64,000 nucleotides of DNA from Eledone cirrhosa (taxonomy: Eukaryota): positions 84,134,001-84,198,000 of the forward strand of contig OZ024747.1 in assembly GCA_964016885.1 (NCBI GenBank), written 5' to 3'. A program made the translations under genes and the position numbers. Under the pieces are notes generated by a model. It saw nothing but the letters and a program-made list of their open reading frames with translations, was not told the DNA's origin and did no database searches. Of the stretch, positions 53,882 to 64,000 are shown piece by piece. The first letter of the stretch is position 1. Each line of letters opens with the position of its first letter.

Positions 53882-53914
<33 letters not shown>

Positions 53915-54419
53915 GTTTGTATATATGTATATATATATACATATATATATGTTTGTACATATGTATATATATATACATATATATATATGTTTGTATATAT
54001 GTATATATATATACATATATACATGTATACATATATATATATATATATACATATATACATGTTTGTATATATGTATACATATACATATGTATATAAGTAT
54101 GTGTATATATATATGTGTATATATATATATACATGTATATATATATATATATACAAATATATATGTTTATATATATGTATATATATACATATGTTTGTAT
54201 ATATGTATATATATAGATATAGATATGTACATATGTATGTGTATATATATATATATGTATATATACATACATATATATATATGTATATATATATACATAT
54301 ATATGTATATATATATGTGTATATATATATGTATATATATGCATATACATGTATATATATATACATATATATAGGTATATATGTATGTGTGTATATATAT
54401 ATATATATATGTGTGTGTG

Positions 54420-54852
54420 TGGTGGTGGTGGTGGTAATGGTAGTGGTGGTAGTGTTGGTGGTGGTAATGGTGGTGGTAATGGTGGTGGTGGTGGTGTTGG
54501 TGGTGGTAATGGTGGTGGTGGTAAAGGTGGTGGTGGCGGTGGTGGTGGTAAAGGTGGTGGTGGTGGTGGTGTTGGTGGTGGTAATGGTGGTGGTAATGGT
54601 GGTGGTGGTGGTGTTGGTGGTGTTGGTGGTGGTGGTGATGTTGGTGGCGGTAATGGTGGTGGTGGTGGTGGTGTTGGTGGTGGTGGTGGTGGTGGTGGTG
54701 GTGGTGGTAAAGGTGGTGGTGTTGGTGGTGGTAATGGTGGTGGTAATGGTGGTGGTGTTGGTGGTGTTGGTGGCGGTGTTGGTGGTGGTTATCTTGCTGC
54801 TATTGCTGCTATTGCAGTTGATGATGATGATGATGTGCAGATGGTGATGATA

Positions 54853-54891
<39 letters not shown>

Positions 54892-54980
54892 ATAATAATG
54901 ATGATAATGATGAGGTGCAGATGATGATGATGATGATAATAAAGATAATGACGATGATGATGATGATGATGATGATGATT
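54420..54980. repeat. (GGT)n then (GAT)n degenerate trinucleotide tract
   Basis: Direct reading. Confidence 0.9.
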
Positions 54981-55494
54981 TGTTGTTACAGTCGATGGTG
55001 CGTTTGGTGTTGTAAATACTCTGAGGAAATTCTATACGGTAGTAATAAGCAAAGTGTGACAGTCTTATATATTGTGGTGCTGGGGTGTTGTAGGGTGTAC
55101 TACATTAGTTATAACATTACAGTAGGGTGTACTATAGTAACAGTATAGTAGGGTGTACTGTAGTAACAGTAGGGTGTACTATACAACACACTGTATTGTA
55201 CAACACCGTAATGAAGTAGTACATATTTAGCTTCAGATAAGCTCTAATCAATCACACTTGTAGTCAAAGGGGTTCAAGCCGGGACCATCCATCTATTTAT
55301 AAGTCGTATTGTATTTAAGGATATATTATAGAATATATCCTTCCTTTTTTTAGATAATGTGATTGATATTTGGTTGCTATTTCTAGCACATCCTAAGTAT
55401 GTGTGTGTCTGACAGCTCACACCTATGCAGGTTTAACTGGCCTCCTCCAAGGATCTTCTCGGTGGAGGTCTCTTGGGTTATTTTGGGTGATATC

Positions 55495-55960
55495 ATTTCT
55501 ACAGCTGAGTAAACTGGACAATGTGAAATAAAGTGTCTTGCTCAAGGAAACAACACATCACCCGGTCCGAGAATTGAACTCACAACCTTTCGATTGCAAG
55601 CCCAATGCTCTAATCACTAAGCCATGCGCCTTCACATCCTAAGGTTAAGATTGTATCATAAAACTAGCCTTTCATTTCAGAAACAGACCAGAAACTACTT
55701 CAGCCTTCAACTAATACTAACGTTCTACAAAGCTCTGTTGAGACCCAGAATGGTTTCTAATTCAGGCACAAGGCCAACAATTTTCTTTTGTTGTGATAGG
55801 AGGAAGAAGTCGATTAAATCGACCCCAGTACATTACTGATACTTTATTTTATCGACCCCGTAAGGATGAAAGGAAAAGCTAACCTCGTCGGGATTTGAAC
55901 TCAGATTGTAAAGAGTTTAAACAAATGTTATAAGAAAATTTCCCGCTGCTCCAACGATTA
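55495..55960 (-). mobile_element. CORE-like SINE (55495-55635) and family-1 SINE (55753-55960)
   Basis: GTGTCTTGCTCAAGG..TTGAACTCAC; CACAAGGCC..GGATGAAAGG..GGATTTGAACTCAG. Confidence 0.75.
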
Positions 55961-55963
55961 TGC

Positions 55964-56091
<128 letters not shown>

Positions 56092-56484
56092 GGCCAGAAC
56101 AGAAGATCAACTCTACACCACATATCTATACCAACTCTGCAGCTTAACATGCATCGAGTACTATCCTGATTTGCGGTCTTCCCAGTCTCCGAACCATGAA
56201 TACTTCATATATATATATAGAGAGAGATAGAGAGAGAAATCACATGAATCAAAGTTCTGTTCAAACCATTTATTAGCTTACAATTGTTTCGTCCAAACCG
56301 AAGTTTGCAGTCTTCGGAGCAATTTTTCAATGATTGTTTACATATATGACCTCCTTTCCAACACAAGAGACATCCAGAAACATATGTATATATCGATGCA
56401 CAGTGAGATGACATCCATTATAATATTTTAGCATGGCAGTTTACATATATATATGTGTGTGTGTGTGTGCGTGGACATATATAT

Positions 56485-56528
<44 letters not shown>

Positions 56529-56532
<4 letters not shown>

Positions 56533-57556
56533 ATTAAAATACTGGAGCGTGTTGGAGTTAAACACCCTCTTCGTATTATAGAAATGACAGTAAAAGGTAT
56601 AGCTCGATGTAATTAAACAGAGCCGAAGAATTATGAAAGTAAAACAAAGAAGCCTTCAATACATCAAAAGTCTTTATTAGCCAACAATGTGTCGTCCTAT
56701 TAAGGACTCATCAGGGCAATTAAAACAACAAGAAGTATTATCGGCCAATACATAATTTTGGGCATTGTACAATTTATATTTTTTCTCACCTACTCTGTAA
56801 CTCTATATGAATTGATTTGTTAACTTGCATGCCATTATATATTATATATTATATATGTTATTATATTATTATTATAGTATTATTGTGACATCTATATTGT
56901 TTGTGTAAATTAACCGGAGATTATCTATTATTATATTATATTATATGGTATATAATTGTATAGTTTATTATATATTATATGTGCTACTTATAATCATATC
57001 ATATTATTACCTCATGTATATTAGATATACGTATTATTACTATTATTATTATTTTTATTCCTATCATGCTTATTTATATTTAAACTCTTAATAAGGTTTA
57101 ATTTGTGCTGTTAAAGATGGATATGTGTATTGATGTATGTGTATATGTGCGTACGTGTGCGTACATATATACATATGTGTATTATACCTTTTAATTTTTA
57201 TTGTAATTTTAATATTGTTACAAGTATATTATATTATATTATATTATATAGTATTATATATAATTCCCGCTCTATATAACCACCTTTGTTTAGCTCTAGG
57301 TTTTTTTGCTTTGGACTATATTTGTAATATGGTTCTAAATGTTATACACCTCCTTAGTGATTTTTATTATATATTTTTACCTATAATCTTGCAATACCTT
57401 AGTGTATGTACACTCCATATTCTTCGGAGTTTTCGGCTTGTATTGGCCGATAATACTTCTTGTTGTTTTAATTGCCCTGATGAGTCGTTAATAGGACGAA
57501 ACATTGTTGGCTAATAAAGACTTTTGATGTATTGAAGGCTTCTTTGTTTTACTTTC

Positions 57557-57560
<4 letters not shown>
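56529..57560 (-). mobile_element. (TA)n-embedded PLE-type element with 122-bp inverted arms
   Basis: Arms 56631-56752 / 57439-57560, each containing a hammerhead. Confidence 0.85.
57474..57511 (+). ncRNA. minimal hammerhead ribozyme (C3-G8) followed by AATAAA
   Basis: GCC-CTGATGA-GTC..GAC-GAAA-CATTG-TT-GGC; AATAAA at 57513-57518. Confidence 0.75.
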
Positions 57561-57607
<47 letters not shown>

Positions 57608-57610
<3 letters not shown>

Positions 57611-58570
57611 GAAAAATTTGAACAGGGACAGAACAGAGAGGCAGTACAATAAATGTTTATTAAATTCACGCTCAGGAGAGTGGGGGGTAGGTGGGGGACG
57701 ACGTTTTGGGCATAAGCCCTTCCTCAGGTGAGAAGTGTGTGGGAACAGAGTTCAAAAGGTGTGTAGGGGAGTGGTGGAGAGACATATAGCGAAAGGAAAC
57801 GGTGCGAATGAAAAAAAAAATTAACAAATGAAGACAAAAAATATAAAAAAATAAAAATAAAGCATGATCAAAATACAAGGAATGAGAAAATTTAAAAATA
57901 AAGGCATGATCAAAATAAACTGAAATTAAAAGGGGGGTAAACAGGTGGTGGAAGGGTGTGGGGTGAGTAGGGGTGGTGGCGGGTGGAGTGGGGAGAGGGA
58001 GACGGGGTGTCCGAGCGGGGAGGGCTGAAGGTGGTGTGTGTGTGTAGGTGTGCGCGTGTGTGTGTGTGTGTGTATGTGAAAGTGAGGGTTGGGGGAAGAA
58101 CGGGGTTGCATGTTCAGGAAGAGGTGTGTGTGGGGGGTGTTTTTGTGGGTCGGAGTGTCTGTGCGTGTGTGGATAGGGGGTGGGGGGAGAGGAATCAGGA
58201 GGCTGAAGGTGTAAATATGTGGTGGGAAGCACGTATGTGTGGGGTTTAAGCGTGTTGTGGGTGTGGGTGGCGTGTGGAGAAATTTTTTTTTGGGGGGTGT
58301 GTGTGTGGGTGAGTTATATAGGTGATGGCGTAAGAGGATGGTTGAAAAGTTGGTAAGTTCCACGGATGTTTGGAGATTTGGTTATAAGTCAATTTCGCGT
58401 GTGAGTAATCCAAGAAGCGGTGGTCGGAAGAGGAGAGATGTGGGGTGCGCGCGCAACAGGAAGTGGTCAGCAGTGGGAGTGCTGTGGTCAGTTGGTGCTG
58501 GGAGGTCATAGCAGCAGTCGGTGGAATGGTAGGGAGGCGAGGATGGGTAGGTGTGAGAGTCGGGGTGAGG

Positions 58571-58605
<35 letters not shown>

Positions 58606-59135
58606 TAGTAGGGGTGTTAGTGGGATGAGTGAGTGTGGAGCGGGGGTGTGGGTGGAACGGGGAGAGAAGGGTGTGTGTGGTTCTATGGAGGGAGTGTGGT
58701 GTACTGGTGTGTGTGTAGTTTGGTGAAGAGGTGTTAGTGGGTGTTAGTATACGGGAGGTGGGGAGGGGTGGAATGCAGGTGTGAGTGGGGGTTAGTGGTG
58801 GTAGGGTGTGTAGAGTTGGTGGTGTACGAGGGTGTGTGGGTACGTGTGCGTGGGGTTGGGGGGTGTTAGTGATGTTAGTTGTGTGTAGGGTGGGTGGTGT
58901 AAGTGGGTGCGTGTGTGCGTGTGATAAGGAGGGGGAGGAGGAGAAGAGGGGAGGGAAGGGATGTTAGTATGTTAGTTGGGGAAGGGTGGTCAGATGAGGG
59001 GTGGAGTGGAGGTGTTAGTATTGTTAGTGTGGGGTGGGCGGTGAAAAGGAGGGGTGTGTTAGTGGTGTTAGTGGGGGATAAGGGGGGCGGTCGAACGCTA
59101 AAGGAATAAGGGTGGGGAGTTCAGGCCGGGGGGAG
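57608..59135 (-). mobile_element. family C element, long CA-rich copy
   Basis: 57610-57732 is the reverse complement of 31440-31565, with GAAA mutated to AAAA; (TA)n flanks. Confidence 0.65.
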
Positions 59136-59473
59136 TATATATAAACATATATATATATATATATATATACAGATATATATCTATAATACGTATATAGATA
59201 GATATACATATACATCTAACTATTTATCTGTTTATCTATCCATCTATCTATTTATTTTTATCTAACTATCTAGTTATATATTTATCTATCTATCTGTTTT
59301 GCGCTCTCTTTATATTTTTCTAGCACAGCAGGATTCTCCGAAGAAGATTGTTTCTTTGAAAGACTCCGCCCCTGTTGCTTGTATTTTCTAGAAAACCCCC
59401 CCTCCAATACAACAAACCTGCCATGTTTACCGTATCCAAGAATAAATTCTGACAACTTCACAAGAATATGATG

Positions 59474-59506
<33 letters not shown>

Positions 59507-59728
59507 GTCAGTAATGAAATAGACTAAAGACAAATATTTTTTCTGCAAACCTTCTGGTAATCAAATCGTTCTCATGGAGTAACTCATCTCTACGAGATCT
59601 TTACTAATACACCATTACACTAGAGCTGTGTTGTATATAATTAAACATCTCGGTTTTCTTAAAGATGCCTGAGATGATGACGGAAAAGGGGATACCATTT
59701 CGTACCGATAGAATGCTGGGATAAATAG

Positions 59729-60041
59729 ATTCTGCGACTAACCCAGGTTCTGTTGCACGTCAGGCTGAGGAGGCCAAACTATCGAAATACCGGTAGCTCT
59801 CCGACAGGTTTGCAGTCGTATCTTTGGCAGTGGAGACTTCTGGTGTCCTCAGCCCTAGGGCTACCTCCCTACTCACCACCATAGGCGCTGAGCTGACTAG
59901 CCGCAGGTGTGAGCCTCGCGAGTGGGAATGGCTCTTCCAGTGCGTCTCCCTTGCCGTCCTCCGGGGAAACGCCTTCTCCATTCTGTCTGCCGGGACTGTG
60001 GGAAGGCCACCAATATGATTGACTGACTTGTCATTTTATCA
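59729..60041 (+). mobile_element. CRE-like 3' fragment, second copy
   Basis: Homologous to 12790-13100; AVETSG..LFQCVSLAVLRGNAFSIL. Confidence 0.75.
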
Positions 60042-60994
60042 TGCTTACTTCAAACAATCAACAAATATATCATGTGTAATACATTATAGTACTTAGTTTT
60101 GTCCTACTAAAATCTGATTTCAAATTTCACCAAAATGGACTATTATGTTGTTATCCCCTCCTCTAGAATAAATCTAACACAGACGTGAAATGCACAGTAG
60201 ACGATTCAATCCGTATCGTCAGTGTTAAAGCAGATTTACTGTCTGGGTTAGTTAGCGTCAAACAATCTGAGTTGCGGCAATATAGTTGACTTGAAGTGCC
60301 ATAGGATGAGGAAAGTAGTATGTGGAATAGTGAGTACTGTTAACCACCAGTAGGCAGTGGTCCAGAATCCGATGCAGAGGTGGTGATGGGTTGCTATAGA
60401 CTGAGTTTGGTATTTGAACTGTCTGTGTGTTAGAAGTAATATTAATTAACGAAGAAAGTTATGTATGAATCCGTAACTCCTGGTGGAATCGAGGGGCGCC
60501 GTAGAAATTTTAAACTTGTTGAAGCCCATGCCTCTCCAAATCTGAACACAGCCGATTTCTTCTAGAGAATGAGAGAGAGTGACAGAAAGAGAGAGTAAGA
60601 AAGAGATATAGAGGATACTTTTTTTTATCAAGTTTTAAAAGATGAAGGTAAAATTGACCTTGGCGGAATTTGAACTCGGAGCGCAGAGAGTCGGTATGAA
60701 TATCCCAAAGCGTTCTATCGGAGGGTCTAATAAGTCTACCTATTCGCCACCATGAAAGGAGTTAAAAGACACGGCTTCTGTGAGGTGCGGGAGGGTTCCG
60801 AAAAACAAGATTTATGAACATTAAAGTCACCAGGAAGAGTGAAGTGAGATACATGACTTCGATACAAACTGAAAGATAATGAAAGAGCGGTTGATGGTTA
60901 AAGAAGTTCGGAGAATTGTTTATCCCGCAAATGTATTCAAAAGAGTGAGTGAGGGAAATTCTCACTCTTAAAGTAACTGGAAATTATAGTTGAT

Positions 60995-61640
60995 AATATC
61001 CCGGAGAGAGACTTAAAGACGCCATCCGAGAAAAGAAGAAGGCTTACAAAGCTTGGCTTGGAAATAAGTCTTTCTTCATGCACTTGCGGTACAAGCAGAC
61101 ATCAAAAATCGTAGCAGAGACAGTAAAGGCATCCAGATCAAAGAAATTGGAGGACTTTGGGGATAAACTGGAATCCAACGTTTGGAGGACAATATTCACT
61201 CCGAGATATTAAAAGCCCTAACCCTTTAGCATTTAAACCGGCCATATCCGGCCAGAATTCTCTCACCTCTTTCTGTTCAAACTGGTCATAACCGGCCACT
61301 CATACTGATATTAAGGTATTGTTCTCAACATAAATGATATCGAAATGTCATAGATTCAATATTATGTGAATATAAAATATTTACCACGAAAATACAATAG
61401 TATATATAGAGTAATGTAAATGCTAAAGAGTTAAATAGAGAAGGTATTCTCTGGCTGATTTGGAAAGGCACCAAAGCAATGGCAATCGGAAGTGATAATC
61501 CCTAGTTTAACAAGGGAGACAAGAGAGATTGCCCTAATTAAAGAAGAATTTCATATGTTAAGCCTGCCCAGAAAAGTCTATGCTACGTGTCTGGCAACAC
61601 GACTGTGTTCCATGAGAATTGTTGAGGAAGGCTCTACAGG
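60995..61640 (+). pseudogene. decayed RTE-clade ORF fragment
   Basis: KDAIREKKKAYKAWL..; EILKALNREGILWL is restored when 61222-61434 is removed; LSLPRKVY. Confidence 0.6.
61222..61430. mobile_element. piggyBac-like MITE
   Basis: TIRs CCCTTTAGCATTTA / TAAATGCTAAAGAG; flanks CTAA / TTAA; partial copy at about 40010-40110. Confidence 0.7.
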
Positions 61641-61659
61641 AGTATAGATATGCATACCT

Positions 61660-61774
<115 letters not shown>

Positions 61775-62091
61775 GAGGGAGAGAGAGAGAGAGAGAGAAG
61801 GAGGGGGAGAGCGAGATATACATACGCACACAAGTATATACATACACGCACGCACACAAACGCACATATATACACACACGGGTTATAGATAAGCCAACGA
61901 GATTGATAGGTAGTTAGCAGGTTATGATAGTATGATAGTAAGTTTAGGTTTCAACTTAAACAGACATGCGTCGGATAATGCCGCCAGTTTGACTAAAGTC
62001 AAGGCAAGAAAAAACATCAGTAATTGAAGAAGAAGAAGAAGAAGAAGAAGAAGAAGAAGAAGAAGAAGAAGAAGAAGAAGAAGAAGAAGAA

Positions 62092-62225
62092 GAAATATGG
62101 TATGTATTTATAAATAAATATTTAGAAAACCGTTAGCTATGCAAAAACACCAACGGCTATCGCCACCTGACGTTTTTGCATAGCTACGGCTTTCTAAATG
62201 TTTATTTATAAACATACCGTATTTC
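62092..62225. repeat. fold-back with arms of about 55 bp next to (GAA)n
   Basis: Arms 62092-62148 / 62172-62225. Confidence 0.8.
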
Positions 62226-62618
62226 TTTAGAAATACTAAATTCGAATACATATCTGTATACAACTATGCTCGAACCTAGATTCTAATTCTATTCTATATA
62301 TCTACACTTACATGGTTATATATGATATATATCCAGGTACATATTTGCATGCTTACATATACATATATATTACATACTCATGAAGAAATATGTGTGACAT
62401 GAAGAATGTGTCGTCGTTATTAGACATATTTTAAGCAACAGTAATGTCCATCTCTTTACATAATGTTTATGTTGGCTTCTATACAAGCAGTGTAAAACCT
62501 CCACACATAAATAGATTACAACTTCAAATACCTCTGACTCGTCACAAATGTTTGACCTTAATATACTTGTGTGATGTGGGGTGGTGTAAGTATGTTTATG
62601 TATATATATATGTGTGTG

Positions 62619-62652
<34 letters not shown>

Positions 62653-62716
62653 CGCGCGCGCGCGCGCGCGTGCGTGTGTGTTCGTAATATATAATAAAAT
62701 ACATATATTTATGTAA

Positions 62717-62765
<49 letters not shown>

Positions 62766-62768
<3 letters not shown>

Positions 62769-63398
62769 TGGCTGCCAACTCGTTTTCGAGTACAGCCACT
62801 ACTTTATATCCATGTAGGAGAACTCCTACCAATGCGCTGAACGAGTGTGACTTTTTAGTCCAGCCAGCGACTTGAAAACTCTGGTACAAACACTACACTT
62901 GTGACAATTACTGACACATAGTGCTGGGCCCATGATACCATGTGATGACAAGTGCAGAGAGATCTCCAGATATAAAAAAATGCCTGTGCCGTGAAGCTTT
63001 TATAGTGAGCAAAGGCACTGCACAAAGCCAGTCCCACTCTCTTAACCAAGATGATATTTACCAAAAAGAAGAACAAGTCAACATCATTGGATACCATCAG
63101 AGTTGCAGGTGTTATATCAGAGTTTTCCTTCTCCTAGAATTCTGCCTTGACAAAGGCTAAGGGGTCATCTCTCCCGGTGATTTTGGATGGCCATTGACTC
63201 TTAAGAGCTCCTTTGCCCTTTGACAGGTTTTGTTTTTAGTCCTGCAGGATGTCCAAAGTCACCCTCCTCACCAAGAAACCTTGGTGGGGTTGCCAGTTTA
63301 GTCGCCAACGACCCGACCATGAGACAGGTTGTACTAGGATACATGTTACCAGTAGCACCAACTGGTGACCTGACATATGGGAATGGTTCGTTTTCTAG
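62766..63398 (-). mobile_element. non-autonomous bipartite RTE-derived element, longest copy
   Basis: Reverse complement of 53289-53881, extended at the 5' side. Confidence 0.8.
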
Positions 63399-63649
63399 GC
63401 GGGACGCCGCTCTGCGACCTGCGGATACCGCGCGCCATCCAGCCTGACGGGAACGGGTCGCGACGACGGATCGAAGGGGAAGTGCGTCCGATGCCGGCAC
63501 CCCGCGAATCGTAACGCCGGCGAGGCGGTCGGCGGTCGACTCGTCGAAACGAGAGACCGCCGCCGACGCGATCGCCGACGACGACGGCGCCTTAAAACAG
63601 CAGCGGACTGAGTCCCCTCGCGATCGCGGTGAACGGTCCTACCCGTTTA
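63399..63649 (-). pseudogene. GC/CpG-rich segment resembling the 28S rRNA D2 region, fused 5' of the RTE-derived element
   Basis: Minus-strand anchors in LSU order: TAAACGGGT, GGGGACTCA, GCACTTCC, CGCGACCCGTTC; recognised from memory, not aligned. Confidence 0.5.
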
Positions 63650-63666
63650 TATATATATACATATAT

Positions 63667-63716
<50 letters not shown>

Positions 63717-63833
63717 TATATATATATATATAATATATATATATATCATATATTTACATGTATTTACATATATTTAAATGTATATATGTATATACATACA
63801 TATCATATCTATGTAACTAGGCCTAAATAGATA

Positions 63834-63864
<31 letters not shown>

Positions 63865-63894
63865 CATACATACATACATACATACATACATACA

Positions 63895-63925
<31 letters not shown>

Positions 63926-64000
63926 CACTCAACTGCGGAGTTAACTTTCAAAGACATTTAACATGGAAAAAAAGTGCATATTTATATAAACAATATTTAT

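Noticed and set aside
54349-54924. Gly-rich protein, or antisense poly-Pro (formin FH1-like) exon
   Set aside because: Grades from (TA)/(TG) into (GGT)n then (GAT)n, with no splice sites or unique domain
59324-59471. Possible terminal exon (TAGFSEEDCFFERLRPCCLYFLENPP..) after a good acceptor
   Set aside because: Short, with no recognised homology or upstream exons

Overview
Repeat-saturated, AT-rich animal genomic DNA. The SINE types and microsatellite load resemble octopus/cephalopod genomes, but this is inference. No host protein-coding exon could be supported, and most listed ORFs are (TA)n/(CA)n/(GA)n translation artefacts. Supported content: (1) a full-length, intact two-ORF L1/Tx1-type LINE (41570-47598, minus) in an (AAT)n tract, stacked with an R4/Dong-like RLE fragment, a SINE and a second decayed Tx1 copy; (2) a Penelope-like (PLE) RT fragment with a candidate -1 slippery site; (3) over 20 tRNA-derived SINEs, MITEs (6-bp-TSD, mariner, piggyBac-like), non-autonomous Helitrons, CRE and RTE fragments, and minisatellites; (4) a non-autonomous RTE derivative, one copy of which carries a GC-rich head resembling the 28S rRNA D2 region. 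The main unexplained structure is about 15 short elements from at least 8 unrelated sequence families, embedded in (TA)n tracts. Many form long fold-back hairpins and carry minimal type-I hammerhead ribozyme folds. Four unrelated loci have the compensatory U3-A8 core (UUGANAA) instead of C3-G8 (CUGANGA). All folds and family assignments were read by eye; none were computed.
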